41,129 nucleotides of DNA from Ignavibacteria bacterium (lineage in GTDB: Bacteria > Bacteroidota > Ignavibacteria > UBA10030 > UBA6906), in assembly GCA_027295705.1 (NCBI GenBank), contig JAPUKJ010000040.1:1-41129 (forward strand), given 5' to 3'. A program made the translations under genes and the position numbers. The notes beneath the pieces are model-generated. The model was not told the origin of the DNA and ran no database searches. It worked only from the letters and a program-made list of their open reading frames with translations. Position 1 is the stretch's first letter. The number at the start of each line of letters is the position of its first letter. Of the stretch, positions 20,797 to 30,998 are shown piece by piece.

Positions 20797-20982
20797 TGTG
20801 TCCTCAAAATTCGGTGGCCGAGTAAGCATTCTTAGCTCACGTCTGCGATATGCTCAGGCTCCTGTAAGCTCGCAAGGCTGAGCGGCCACAAATGTCGTGC
20901 ACTATCAGCAGCAGACGCGACGTTCGGGTCACGGTGCCGTAGATATTTACCTAAGGATTCAATAGTTGGAGTAATTTGCTGT

Positions 20983-23034
20983 ATGGAAACATTGACTATG
21001 CTTTCACCGGTTCTTGGTTTGTTGGGTCTCGTCGTGGCATTAGCCATCTATTTTTCAATTAAACGGCAACCAGCAGGTAGTGAATTGATGCGTGATCTTG
21101 CTGACCAGATACATGTTGGTGCGATGACGTTTCTGAAGCGTGAATACCTTGTTCTTGTCTTTTTTGTCGCCATCGTTGCAGTACTACTTGGTGTGTTTTT
21201 GCAGTGGCAAACAGCATTGGCATTCTTAAGTGGAGCGACTTGCTCCGTGCTTGCAGGTTTTTTCGGGATGCAGGCGGCGACCAAGGCGAATGTTCGCACT
21301 GCGCAGGCAGCGAAGGAAAAGGGGCAGGGAAAAGCGTTGCTCATAGCATTTAGCGGCGGAGCCGTCATGGGTGTGAGTGTGGCGAGTCTCGGTCTAATTG
21401 GCGTTGGAGTATTCTTCATGTATTTCGGCCAGCCTGAGACGGCGAAGATAATCAACGGTTTTGCGATGGGCGCAAGCTCGATCGCTCTCTTCGCGAGGGT
21501 CGGCGGTGGCATCTTCACGAAGGCGGCGGATGTTGGTGCCGATCTTGTGGGAAAGATTGAAGCTGGAATTCCTGAGGATGACCCGCGCAATCCTGGTGTT
21601 ATTGCAGACAACGTGGGTGACAACGTGGGTGACGTGGCTGGAATGGGCGCGGATATTTTTGCGTCGTACGTAGGGTCTATCATTGCGACCATAGCAATTG
21701 GCGCAACGTTGCTTCCCGAAGGACTGTCACTGTTGCAGGCAAATCCTGAAGGAGGAAGTCAAAGCATCGACATGAAGGCAATTCTCATGTCGCTTCCGAT
21801 CATCCTTGCAGTCATCGGTCTTGTCTCTTCTTTTGTTGGTATTGGTTCCATGAGAATACTGAAGCAATACTCCCCCGCTGCTGCATTGCGATACTCGACC
21901 TTCATTGCCGCAGGTCTGTTTCTGGCCGGCGCGTATTGGTATGTTGCGACTCATGATGTTAGCAACAATGTTTTCTGGGCGATATTTTTTGGCGCGATCG
22001 CTGGCATTCTCATTGGACTAATAACTGAGTATTACACATCTTCCCGGCCTGTCAGGCGAATTGCTTTTGCCAGTAAGACAGGCCCTGCTACTAACATCAT
22101 CGATGGTCTCGCGGTCGGATTGGAGTCGACTGCGCTTCCTGTGCTTGCGATCTGCGTCGCAATCTTTGTTGCAAATTATGTCGCGGGGTTGTATGGAATC
22201 GGCATTGCGGCTGTTGGGATGCTTGCCACAGTTGGTATCACAATGTCGGTTGATGCATATGGACCAATTGCCGACAATGCTGGTGGCATTTCCGAAATGT
22301 CCGGCCTGGGCCCCGAGGTACGAAAGATCACGGATGGTCTTGATGCGTTAGGAAACACGACGGCTGCAATCGGAAAGGGATTTGCCATCGGCTCAGCTGC
22401 GCTGACTGCCCTCGCCCTGTTTGCCGCCTACTCACAAGCGGTCTCAGCATCGAGTGGGATTCCATTACAGATTGCTATCACGGATCCATTGGTTTTTGTC
22501 GGGCTCTTTATCGGCGGCATTCTTCCGTTTTTCATAGCATCGTTGACAATGACTGCTGTTGGCCGCGCGGCTGGAAAGATGGTAGCTGAAATCCGTCGGC
22601 AGTTCCGTGAAATTCCTGGGCTGCTCGAAGGGAAACCAGGTGTGAAGCCCGATGCAGCGCGCTGCGTTGACATCTCAACCACCGCTGCTTTACGTGAGAT
22701 GATCCTCCCCGGAATCACTGCAGTAATTGCACCAGTGGCAATTGGATTCCTTCTTGGACCTTCGGCCCTGGGCGGTATGCTTGCCGGTGCTACGGTGACG
22801 GGAGTTCTCCTTGCACTGATGATGGCAAATGCAGGTGGCGCGTGGGATAACGCCAAGAAGGCGATCGAAAGAGGAGAGATTGAAGGAGAAAGGAAGGGCT
22901 CAGATGCTCACAAAGCCTCAGTGGTGGGCGATACGGTTGGAGATCCATTCAAGGATACATCTGGCCCGTCAATGAACATCCTCATTAAACTGATGTCCGT
23001 GGTTTCACTTGTTATCGCGCCGCTACTTGTATAG
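20983..23034 (+). CDS. hppA: Membrane-integral (H+/Na+)-translocating pyrophosphatase, K+-dependent type
   Basis: [42 protein letters not shown] (Ala = K+-dependent), [14 protein letters not shown]. Confidence 0.97.
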   Translation: METLTMLSPVLGLLGLVVALAIYFSIKRQPAGSELMRDLADQIHVGAMTFLKREYLVLVFFVAIVAVLLGVFLQWQTALAFLSGATCSVLAGFFGMQAATKANVRTAQAAKEKGQGKALLIAFSGGAVMGVSVASLGLIGVGVFFMYFGQPETAKIINGFAMGASSIALFARVGGGIFTKAADVGADLVGKIEAGIPEDDPRNPGVIADNVGDNVGDVAGMGADIFASYVGSIIATIAIGATLLPEGLSLLQANPEGGSQSIDMKAILMSLPIILAVIGLVSSFVGIGSMRILKQYSPAAALRYSTFIAAGLFLAGAYWYVATHDVSNNVFWAIFFGAIAGILIGLITEYYTSSRPVRRIAFASKTGPATNIIDGLAVGLESTALPVLAICVAIFVANYVAGLYGIGIAAVGMLATVGITMSVDAYGPIADNAGGISEMSGLGPEVRKITDGLDALGNTTAAIGKGFAIGSAALTALALFAAYSQAVSASSGIPLQIAITDPLVFVGLFIGGILPFFIASLTMTAVGRAAGKMVAEIRRQFREIPGLLEGKPGVKPDAARCVDISTTAALREMILPGITAVIAPVAIGFLLGPSALGGMLAGATVTGVLLALMMANAGGAWDNAKKAIERGEIEGERKGSDAHKASVVGDTVGDPFKDTSGPSMNILIKLMSVVSLVIAPLLV

Positions 23035-23057
23035 ACATGAAGAACCACAAAATGAAC

Positions 23058-23091
23058 GAAGCCGTCTGAAGAGAAGTTACAGAGCGGCTTC
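23058..23091. terminator. Hairpin between convergent hppA and Nudix genes
   Basis: GAAGCCG-TCTG...CAGA-g-CGGCTTC inverted repeat; weak U tracts. Confidence 0.45.
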
Positions 23092-23120
23092 TTAGTTATT
23101 GTGCCTTTTCAAGATTGAAG

Positions 23121-23714
23121 TCACCGCTGAGGTGGTGCAAGATCAATTTTCTCGAGAAGGGATCGAATGATCATCGCAGTTGCTCCCCATATCGTGTGCT
23201 TACCGCTCTCGTAATACCAGACCTCGCGTTTCCTTCCTTGGAATTCTCGCAGCTCCATCCTTCCGTTCGCAGGGTCAGCAAAGAACAGGAGTGGCAAGTG
23301 GAACACCTCCTCAACCTCGATATCGTTTACTCGTAGTTGTGGCAGGTTCTCTATTATCCCAACAACGGGCGTTATGACGAAGCCGGTCGGTGTTGGCAGG
23401 TCGTCCAGCAGGCCGACCGTCTCGACCGCAGCTACCGGAATTCCGACTTCTTCGTGTGCCTCTCGCAATGCTGCATGGACAACGTCAGGATCGTCATCAT
23501 CCACCATCCCTCCGGGAAACGATATCTGGCCTTTGTGTGTCTCTACTACTTCAGTCCTTTTTGTAAACAAGAGTTCGTACGTGTCGTTCGCCCGGACGAT
23601 TGGAACAAGTACGGCCGCCCTGTGAAACCCATCTATCATGACCTCTGTTCTTGTTCCAGTTGCAAGCCGTGACTGGAGAAGCTCTCGGATTTCTCTTACT
23701 GATAAGACCTTCAT
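23121..23714 (-). CDS. Nudix CoA pyrophosphatase (NudL/PCD1-like)
   Basis: AAVLVP, TKR...HKGQISFPGG, AALREAHEEVG, IWGATA. Confidence 0.93.
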   Translation of the reverse strand: MKVLSVREIRELLQSRLATGTRTEVMIDGFHRAAVLVPIVRANDTYELLFTKRTEVVETHKGQISFPGGMVDDDDPDVVHAALREAHEEVGIPVAAVETVGLLDDLPTPTGFVITPVVGIIENLPQLRVNDIEVEEVFHLPLLFFADPANGRMELREFQGRKREVWYYESGKHTIWGATAMIIRSLLEKIDLAPPQR

Positions 23715-23837
23715 GCAATTAAAATAGGGAACATTGTCCGAATTCGCAAAATTGGTTCAGTTCCATATGGTGATCCTTTGCATGTCGGGACTTTCATGTG
23801 TATCTTGATGAAGAATAGAAACACTTTGTGGAGCTTC

Positions 23838-24989
23838 ATGTCGTCATCGCAAAAATATATTCTGATAGCAGTATCTATCGCGTTGTTTGTTGTTCTCTAC
23901 CACAGTGCATCCGGTTGGGGATGGGATTCGCACAGGTTCATAAATAGAAAGGCTGTCTATCATCTTCCAAATGAAATGATACTTTTTATTCAAGATAGCT
24001 CCTTCTTTGCGGCCCATTCCGTCGATGCAGACCAGCGACGGGATCCTGCCGACACTAGCCTGTATGGCGAGGCACCACGACATTACCTTGACATCGATGA
24101 TTATCCCGATTTTCACAGTCTAACCCGTGATTTGGATTCATTGATTGCTCGGTACGGATGGGATCGTGTGAAGGAGAATGGGACGAATCCATGGGCGACG
24201 GTCTGGAATCTGGACTCATTGGTGGATCAGCTTGCTCGCGGGGATTGGGCTGCCGCAAAACTTACAGCAAGTGACATTGGACATTATGTTGGCGATGCAC
24301 ACCAGCCGTTGCATTGCACAAGAAATTACAACGGACAGTACACGAACAACTATGGTATCCATTCCCGGTACGAGACTACAATGTTGAGTTCATCGTACTA
24401 CCTCTCGTCATTGCATATTGTTCCCGATACAGTTGTGTACATTGCAGATCCCGTGGAGTACGCTTTTGATTACATTATCCACTCCAATAGTCTGATTGAT
24501 ACCATCCTTCAGGGCGACGACTATGCAAAGGCCGTGTCCGGATGGAATGGCTCGGGAAATGCTCCGCCTGCTTATTATGCTGCCCTCTGGGACAGAACTC
24601 GTGCGATGACGCTTGATCAGATGCAGCGGGGCACCCAGGCTATTGCAAATTCGTGGTACTCCGCTTGGGTGGATGCCGGATTGATTGTCCCAACTAGTGT
24701 GGAACCTCCTCCTGAACCACGACCGAAAGATTTCAACCTCAGGCAAAACTATCCAAATCCGTTCAACCCTGGCACCACCATCTCATACCGCCTCGCTGTC
24801 GGAGGAACGGTGTCACTCAAAGTCTTCTCGATGACTGGGGAAGAAATAGCTACGTTGGTTCGCGAGGATCAATCCGCGGGCAATCATGCTTTGGCCTTTG
24901 ACGGTTCAGGACTCGCAAGCGGTGTCTATTTGTATGAGCTTAGGCTCGGCGGCTTTTCTCAAACAAAGAAGTTACTGCTTCTCAGGTAA
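23838..24989 (+). CDS. Secreted S1/P1 nuclease / Zn-phospholipase C-fold protein with T9SS type-A sorting domain
   Basis: Mature N-terminus WGWDSH, HYLDID, HYVGDAHQPLH, IHSRYE; C-terminal QNYPNPFNP...SGVYLY...TKKLLLLR. ATG 23838 follows GGAG. Confidence 0.85.
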   Translation: MSSSQKYILIAVSIALFVVLYHSASGWGWDSHRFINRKAVYHLPNEMILFIQDSSFFAAHSVDADQRRDPADTSLYGEAPRHYLDIDDYPDFHSLTRDLDSLIARYGWDRVKENGTNPWATVWNLDSLVDQLARGDWAAAKLTASDIGHYVGDAHQPLHCTRNYNGQYTNNYGIHSRYETTMLSSSYYLSSLHIVPDTVVYIADPVEYAFDYIIHSNSLIDTILQGDDYAKAVSGWNGSGNAPPAYYAALWDRTRAMTLDQMQRGTQAIANSWYSAWVDAGLIVPTSVEPPPEPRPKDFNLRQNYPNPFNPGTTISYRLAVGGTVSLKVFSMTGEEIATLVREDQSAGNHALAFDGSGLASGVYLYELRLGGFSQTKKLLLLR

Positions 24990-25169
24990 TCCAGGCATTC
25001 TCTGCCGGATTGTAATTAAGTAGTGTCGTCTCGCCCTGCGAAAGTCTACGCACTCAGTATAATGCCCTCCACGAGTTTCTGTTCAAACTAGTTCCGCTTT
25101 TAGGTATATTATTGCAGATCGCGGTTTTCCATGTGATTGATTTTGTAATCTGCCTCTTGGAGGAATAAA

Positions 25170-25373
25170 ATGACAAGAAAAGAAATCCGGATCGAAGGAA
25201 TGACGTGCGATCACTGCGTCATGGCCGTGAACAAGGAGCTTGCAAAGGTTCCTGATTTGCACATAATTAATGTAAGGATCGGCTCGACCTATCTAGAGTT
25301 CGATGAATCAAAGGTGAACATGTCTCACATCAATGCGGCTGTCGAAGAGGCCGGATACAAGATAACCATATGA
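25170..25373 (+). CDS. copZ: Copper chaperone (HMA domain)
   Basis: GMTCDHC, AVEEAGY; GGAGG RBS; directly upstream of copA. Confidence 0.88.
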   Translation: MTRKEIRIEGMTCDHCVMAVNKELAKVPDLHIINVRIGSTYLEFDESKVNMSHINAAVEEAGYKITI

Positions 25374-25407
25374 TTACAGCATTAGCTGGAGACGGGCTGG
25401 TGAAGAT

Positions 25408-27645
25408 ATGGTAACGTCGAACAAGACATTTGACCATTTGCAGACCTTGACGCTTCCCGTTGAGGGAATGTCATGCGCGAGCTGCGTTCTTCGCGTTGAA
25501 AAGGCGCTGAAGAAAGTGAATGGTGTCTCCAGTGCCACCGTCAACCTTGCAAACGAGAAAGCCACGATTGAATTCGATACCGCAAAAGCGACGGTCGAAC
25601 AACTGCAGGGAGCTGTGGCGGAGTCAGGTTACACACTACGTATCCCGAAAAGCACTGAGGCCCCCGGTGAACAAGAGATGGAGCAGGCCAAAGGTGTAGC
25701 TGACAAACACCTCATGAGCGAGCTGATCTTAAGTGCAGCTTTTACACTTGCTATCATGGTCCTCAGCATACTGGGTATGGCTGATAGGTTGCCGTTCACG
25801 TTTGATACAATGAACAAGATTCTCTTGGTATTGGCGACGCCTGTGATGTTCATTGCGGGCCGGAGGTTCTTCATGGGTGCCTGGGCAACGGCGAAGCATT
25901 TTACTGCCGACATGAACACGTTAATTGCAGTTGGGACCGGTGCAGCATACGCGTACAGCGTGACAGCGGTACTCTTCCCGGTAGTAGTTGGGACTGCCGG
26001 TGCAACGCCTCATGTCTATTTTGACACGGCCGTTGTGATCATCACATTGATATTACTGGGCAGGTATCTGGAGGCGACTGCCAAAAGCAGAACCTCAGAT
26101 GCAATCAAGAAACTGCTAGGGTTGCAGCCTAAGACAGCGCGTGTGGTGCGCGACGGTAGTGACACAGATGTTTCAATCGATGACGTGCTCTTGGAGGATA
26201 TCGTTATTGTGAGACCGGGAGAAAAAATTCCCGTTGACGGTATCATTACAAAAGGCTTGACAAGTATTGATGAGTCAATGGTGACAGGGGAAAGTCTTCC
26301 TGTTGAAAAGAGTGTAGGTCACAAGGTTGTAGGCGGGACAATCAACAAGAACGGCAGTATCGAATTTCGTGCTACGGCAGTCGGTAAGAACACCGTGCTT
26401 GCTCAGATCGTGAAGCTTGTGGAAGAGGCACAAGGCTCGAAAGCGCCGATACAGAGGCTTGCGGACAGGATTGCTTCCGTGTTTGTGCCCATTGTTATCG
26501 GTATTGCGCTACTGACGTTTTCGCTTTGGTTTTTCGTTGGTCAAAGCAGCTTCACGTATGCGATGGTCAATTTTATTGCTGTGCTTATTATTGCGTGTCC
26601 TTGTGCTCTTGGACTTGCAACACCGACGGCAATTATGGTTGGAACCGGAGTCGGAGCCAGGCTTGGTGTCCTCATCAAGAACGCAGAGAGCCTGGAGCGG
26701 ACACACAAAATTCAGACAGTCATACTGGACAAGACCGGGACTATCACTGAGGGGAAGCCTTCAGTGACGGACGTGATGACATTCAGTGGTTTTGAGCAAA
26801 CGCGGGTTTTGCAAGCGGTGGCGTCGGTGGAGAAACAATCGGAACATCCTCTCGGCCAGGCAATAGTGGAATATGCTGTTAAGAAGAACATCCCCTTGGC
26901 TCCCACAGATGCTTTCCAGTTATCGACAGGTCTCGGAGTAACGGCTGTGGTTGATGGGAACACTGTGGCCGCAGGTAACATGTCTTTTATGAAGGAACAT
27001 GTTTCCTATCTTGATGAACATGGAGAAGTTGCCGACCGTTTCTCTAACGAAGGGAAGACTCCGATCTTTATCGCTATCAATGGGAAGGTTGCTGGTCTCA
27101 TTGCCATCGCAGACACGATTAAAGCTACTGCGCCGGAAGCGATCAAGAAATTGCAGGCAATGGGCCTTGAAGTCATAATGCTCACGGGGGACAACGAACG
27201 GACTGCAAAGGCCATTGCGGTGCAAGCAGGTCTTGACCGATTGATTTCGCAAGTGAAGCCTGACGAGAAGTTACACCATGTGAAAGTCATCCAGGGTGAA
27301 GGGAAGTTCGTTGCGATGGCAGGCGATGGAATCAATGACGCTCCCGCACTCGCTCAGGCTGATGTTGGCATTGCAATGGGGACCGGTACCGATATTGCCA
27401 TGGAGGCAGCAGATATCACACTCATGAAAGGTGATTTAAGGAGCATTGTGCACGCAATACAACTATCTTCACGGACTCTGGGCACGATAAGACAGAATCT
27501 CTTTTGGGCATTCATTTACAATGTTGTCGGAATACCGGTCGCAGCTCTGGGACTGCTCAACCCGATGATCGCGGCTGCTGCCATGGCATTTAGTTCAGTA
27601 AGCGTGGTAAGCAATTCGTTGAGGTTGAAAAGATTCAGGGGGTAA
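25408..27645 (+). CDS. copA: Cu(I)-translocating P1B-1 ATPase
   Basis: [38 protein letters not shown] and MAFSS TM ligands. Confidence 0.95.
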   Translation: MVTSNKTFDHLQTLTLPVEGMSCASCVLRVEKALKKVNGVSSATVNLANEKATIEFDTAKATVEQLQGAVAESGYTLRIPKSTEAPGEQEMEQAKGVADKHLMSELILSAAFTLAIMVLSILGMADRLPFTFDTMNKILLVLATPVMFIAGRRFFMGAWATAKHFTADMNTLIAVGTGAAYAYSVTAVLFPVVVGTAGATPHVYFDTAVVIITLILLGRYLEATAKSRTSDAIKKLLGLQPKTARVVRDGSDTDVSIDDVLLEDIVIVRPGEKIPVDGIITKGLTSIDESMVTGESLPVEKSVGHKVVGGTINKNGSIEFRATAVGKNTVLAQIVKLVEEAQGSKAPIQRLADRIASVFVPIVIGIALLTFSLWFFVGQSSFTYAMVNFIAVLIIACPCALGLATPTAIMVGTGVGARLGVLIKNAESLERTHKIQTVILDKTGTITEGKPSVTDVMTFSGFEQTRVLQAVASVEKQSEHPLGQAIVEYAVKKNIPLAPTDAFQLSTGLGVTAVVDGNTVAAGNMSFMKEHVSYLDEHGEVADRFSNEGKTPIFIAINGKVAGLIAIADTIKATAPEAIKKLQAMGLEVIMLTGDNERTAKAIAVQAGLDRLISQVKPDEKLHHVKVIQGEGKFVAMAGDGINDAPALAQADVGIAMGTGTDIAMEAADITLMKGDLRSIVHAIQLSSRTLGTIRQNLFWAFIYNVVGIPVAALGLLNPMIAAAAMAFSSVSVVSNSLRLKRFRG

Positions 27646-27821
27646 CTTATTCAGTGGGTAGACAGTCCAGATGGTTCCCGTCGGGCCGAGCTCGTAGTTA
27701 GACGAGACTGACGAAAGGCATCCAAAGAAGAACAGCTGGAGATCCAATTATTCGCAAGTTGAAATCTGGATTCTCTAGTCCTCATGTGAGGGCTGCGGTC
27801 AGGATTTCACGGGTAAAACCA

Positions 27822-28007
27822 ATGCCACCTAGCTACAAGCGAACCGATAAGCCAATCCGTCCTGTGAAGATCACAAGCTGGATGGGCGGAGAGCATTGGT
27901 ACATAGGCGATGTGCAGTACCTACACCTTGAGGATGCCATCGCGTATTGCGAGAGAATCGGATCACACGTGGGAAGGGGATTAGTTGTTAGTTGGCGGGG
28001 CAGATGA
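27822..28007 (+). CDS. Possible small hypothetical protein (61 aa)
   Basis: Protein-like composition (ITSWMGGEHWYIGDVQYLHLEDAIAYCE); no recognisable family, weak RBS, 3' overlap with the GT4 gene. Confidence 0.3.
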   Translation: MPPSYKRTDKPIRPVKITSWMGGEHWYIGDVQYLHLEDAIAYCERIGSHVGRGLVVSWRGR

Positions 28008-29162
28008 CACTGATGTTATTTCTTTCGTTGCCTTTAAACCTCTGACCTCATAGTACAGTGCTTGGATTTTCTCGATCTGTCTCTTCTGGTCAAAAAATTC
28101 CTCAACGCGCTTTCTTCCAGCCTTTCCCATCTTTCCTCGGAGAGATTCATCATTTATAAGTTTTGCAAGCGCATCCGCCAATTCGCTCGGATTCCTTGGA
28201 TGAACATACAGTCCTGTCTCACCATCTACCACGATGTCTAGTACACCATCGCAATTTGTGGACACGACCGGTCGTTCCATGCCCATAGCTTCGATAAGCA
28301 CGATGCCGAAGGATTCCGCGTGCGATGGGAATGCAAAGATCTCAAACGCTGCCATTACCTCAGGCACATCTCTCCTGAATCCGGTGAATGTTACTATATC
28401 TTGCAGGCCAAGCATCGAGCACATCGTCTTGATCTTCTGCTCGTATTTTTGCTCACCATGGCTGGCCTCGCCGACGATCAGAAAATGGACGGCGGGATAA
28501 TTATTGCGCAGAATGGCAGCAGCTTCGAGTAATTCCTTATGTCCCTTTCCAGGTGAGAATCGTCCAACAAGTCCAACGACAACGATATCATCTGCAATGT
28601 TGAACTCCTTGCGAACGCGTCGTCTGTCGACCCGGTGTGGAGAAAATCTATCAGTATCGATCGCATCATGCACGGTCATGACACGATCAGGGGTTACCGG
28701 AGTTGTGTCAAGGATGTTCTTGTGAATGACCTCGGATACTGCGAGTACTCGGCTGACGTGTGCGTAGGTAAAGCGATGCAGGAGATCTTTTTTGCTGATA
28801 TATGAGCCCACGTGCTTGCTGAGCAAGATGGGGATGCGTTGTCCAGCCAATTTTATTGCGGGGACAATCGTTGCAATGTCTTTTGAAAGGTGGCAGTGAA
28901 TGATTTCGATGTTGTGTCGTTTGAGAAAGCGGCTCAACTTCCAAGCGAGACGAGGATGGAAATACCCGCTTACATTGAGCTGAAGTGTGTCAATGTTGTG
29001 TAGGTTTGCTCCCTGTGCAAGACGACTGCCGGTGCAGCATGCGAGCCATACCTGATGGCTGCGTTTCTGCATCTGCCTTGAAACTTCCATCGATTGCAAC
29101 TCAAGTCCACCCCACGAATGTGAGAAGCAGGTTTGCAGAATGTTGAGCGGGGGATGAGACAT
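27981..29162 (-). CDS. Glycosyltransferase family 4
   Basis: WGGLE, VGRFSPGKGH, FPSHAESFGIVLIEAM, DGETG. Confidence 0.93.
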   Translation of the reverse strand: MSHPPLNILQTCFSHSWGGLELQSMEVSRQMQKRSHQVWLACCTGSRLAQGANLHNIDTLQLNVSGYFHPRLAWKLSRFLKRHNIEIIHCHLSKDIATIVPAIKLAGQRIPILLSKHVGSYISKKDLLHRFTYAHVSRVLAVSEVIHKNILDTTPVTPDRVMTVHDAIDTDRFSPHRVDRRRVRKEFNIADDIVVVGLVGRFSPGKGHKELLEAAAILRNNYPAVHFLIVGEASHGEQKYEQKIKTMCSMLGLQDIVTFTGFRRDVPEVMAAFEIFAFPSHAESFGIVLIEAMGMERPVVSTNCDGVLDIVVDGETGLYVHPRNPSELADALAKLINDESLRGKMGKAGRKRVEEFFDQKRQIEKIQALYYEVRGLKATKEITSVSSAPPTNN

Positions 29163-29384
29163 TACTGCGATTGGGTTTCTACTGCACTAACGCTGCATCA
29201 GTCCGCTCCAAGGTACAGAATTCCATGCCAGTGAACAACCGAAATTAACCCGTGATCTAAAATGACACCGACCATCACCGCTTCTCTTGAACCAACCTGT
29301 ACAACTTGTTGCTAAAGGTGGTCGTGAAGGTGAAGAAACTAGCATAGTTCAGTTGCAGCGAAGACTGGAGTTTCGCGTCGTAAC

Positions 29385-29413
29385 AAAAAAATCGGCAGTG
29401 TTGGACTGCCGAT
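29385..29413 (-). terminator. Rho-independent terminator of the 89-aa gene
   Basis: Minus strand ATCGGCAGT-ccaac-ACTGCCGAT followed by TTTTTT. Confidence 0.85.
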
Positions 29414-29422
29414 AAAGAACTT

Positions 29423-29784
29423 GAAGCCTGTAGCTTATGAGCTATTTGAACATTTGAGAACTTACTGGGTCATAGAGCATTGAGCGCACTAGCGACCGCG
29501 GTAGATTTCTCTGCATTGAAAGGTCCAGCATAAATTAGCGTGTATTTATCTGGAGTCTTGTTAGTGACAACCGGGGTAGAATCTTCAATGGGCGTCAAGG
29601 AGACAATTGAGTGCCCTTCTTTGGCTCTAAGGAACAGCATGTTCTCACGAACGACCCACGAACCTTCGGGGGCGCTGGCAATGTCTGTTACGGTAAGCTT
29701 AGTGCCGACTTGATAGGGGCTGAGATCACCTGTTTGCATGGTTTTTTCCCTCCTTTCTGCTCATAAGATTAGGCTACAGGCCTC
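29423..29784. repeat. Inverted repeat pair flanking the 89-aa ORF (arms 29423-29442 and 29759-29784)
   Basis: GAAGCCTGTAG/CTTATGAGC versus GCTCATAAG-attagg-CTACAGGCCTC: 9 bp + 11 bp with a 6-nt bulge; the single mismatch is a G-U pair on the minus-strand RNA. Confidence 0.8.
29470..29739 (-). CDS. Small hypothetical protein (89 aa), monocistronic
   Basis: AAGGAGG 9 nt before the ATG, with its own promoter and terminator; no family recognised. Confidence 0.75.
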   Translation of the reverse strand: MQTGDLSPYQVGTKLTVTDIASAPEGSWVVRENMLFLRAKEGHSIVSLTPIEDSTPVVTNKTPDKYTLIYAGPFNAEKSTAVASALNAL

Positions 29785-29869
29785 TTTTTGTTGTGGGAAT
29801 CCAACTTAGCTGAATACTCTCACCCTGAGGAAGAGGAGTAGCATCAGGTTGTAGAGAAATTCGAAGGAT

Positions 29870-29898
29870 AATATAATCGAGCTAAAGGGTAATGTCAA
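29870..29898 (-). promoter_or_regulatory. Near-consensus sigma70 promoter of the 89-aa gene
   Basis: Minus strand TTGACA-N17-TATATT. Confidence 0.75.
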
Positions 29899-30255
29899 GA
29901 GTTTTTGGTAATTCGCTTATCTTTTTGAAGAACCCCATCGCCTGCAGAAACACATCTTCCTTGTGAGGCATCCGCAAAAGCGTTGAATTCTTAAAGCCGC
30001 TCATGATCCGTTTGAGGAGCTCTGGAATTGTATCCCAGCTAGGGAACGTAAGTTGTCTGAGTGATTCTAGATGGAAAGAAGGTGAATCAAAGCGGCTTCT
30101 TTGCTTCGATGATGAGCGCAAGCAGTTAACCCGTCAAGAGCACAAATCCCCTCGAAGTGATCGGCTTCTACAGGAAGGCTACATGAAAACACAATACCGA
30201 CCTAGCAGGCCAAAGGCCTACGCTGCAAAGAACGTAAAGAAAGAAAATTTTTCGC

Positions 30256-30283
30256 TTGACAGTTTCTTGTAAATGTTTATATT
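30256..30283 (+). promoter_or_regulatory. Near-consensus sigma70 promoter of the beta-barrel/HzsA-like operon
   Basis: TTGACA-N16-TATATT about 100-130 bp upstream of the first gene. Confidence 0.65.
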
Positions 30284-30386
30284 GATGGTATCGATTTTCC
30301 TGTTTTCCCCATATTGCGTGATAGCTGAAAAAAGTAGGAATTTCGACGAGTTCTAAGAGAATAGGGAGTGTGGCAACCACAAAAGG

Positions 30387-30998
30387 GTGACTCCGGTAAT
30401 GGTGCGCTCGCATATGTGTCGGTTGGTCCCCCTTATGTTAGTCCCCCTTGCAATGGCTATTGCACAAGAACGATCTTCAGTTTCCCCCGCCTTTTCAATA
30501 GCTCCATGTGCCTCCTACAACATTTACAGCGAAAGCGTTTCTATGCATTCCGCCATGAGCTATGGCGCGGCGATTACAATGCACCTGACCTCCAGAATTG
30601 GTCTGGAATTCAATGCCCAATTTAGCAAATCGCAGGGGGATTTCGACGTTATCGGAGGCACTGCATTTCTGGGAATCAACACTGCGGCTTACCAGCTACA
30701 ATTCCAGTATTTGGTTTTCAGTCTTGATGAATCCTTTGATGTAGTTGGGACAGCAGGAATCGGAATGGTCAGGTTTACGACAGATGCCCACACAGTTTCC
30801 CTTGGGGCGCTCGGAAAAGTCCTCGTTCCTGAACGCAAGGAGACCCGAAACCAATATACTGTTGGCCTCATTCTTTTTAGGCAACTGGCTTCTAGGATTT
30901 CGCTGCGGCTTGGGCTTGAGGCGAGGTTCATTACACCTTTGTCATCGTTGAAAGCTAGTTACACTATTTCCGGAGGGGTTGCAATTGGGGTGTTTTAG
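30387..30998 (+). CDS. Outer-membrane beta-barrel protein (small, OmpA/OmpW-like fold); start uncertain
   Basis: Signal peptide ending AIA-Q, alternating beta-strand pattern, terminal GGVAIGVF. Confidence 0.7.
   Translation: MTPVMVRSHMCRLVPLMLVPLAMAIAQERSSVSPAFSIAPCASYNIYSESVSMHSAMSYGAAITMHLTSRIGLEFNAQFSKSQGDFDVIGGTAFLGINTAAYQLQFQYLVFSLDESFDVVGTAGIGMVRFTTDAHTVSLGALGKVLVPERKETRNQYTVGLILFRQLASRISLRLGLEARFITPLSSLKASYTISGGVAIGVF

Noticed and set aside
21607-21633. 12-bp tandem repeat GACAACGTGGGT x2
   Set aside because: It simply encodes the conserved DNVGDNVGD motif of membrane pyrophosphatases.
25020-25169. CsoR/CueR/CopY operator upstream of copZA
   Set aside because: No convincing palindrome found and no regulator gene in the window.
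29287-29416. Short + strand frame containing RRLEFRV, reminiscent of an OmpA C-terminus
   Set aside because: Too short, no RBS, and it runs through the terminator; likely chance.
29423-29784. Retron a1/a2 repeats, MITE or invertible DNA segment
   Set aside because: No reverse transcriptase, transposase or recombinase nearby; the arms are bulged with a G-U pair, which fits RNA pairing rather than DNA recombination sites.
29882-30413. ORFs 29882-30121(-), 30003-30272(+) and 30168-30413(-)
   Set aside because: No motifs or RBS, and they overlap the divergent promoters.
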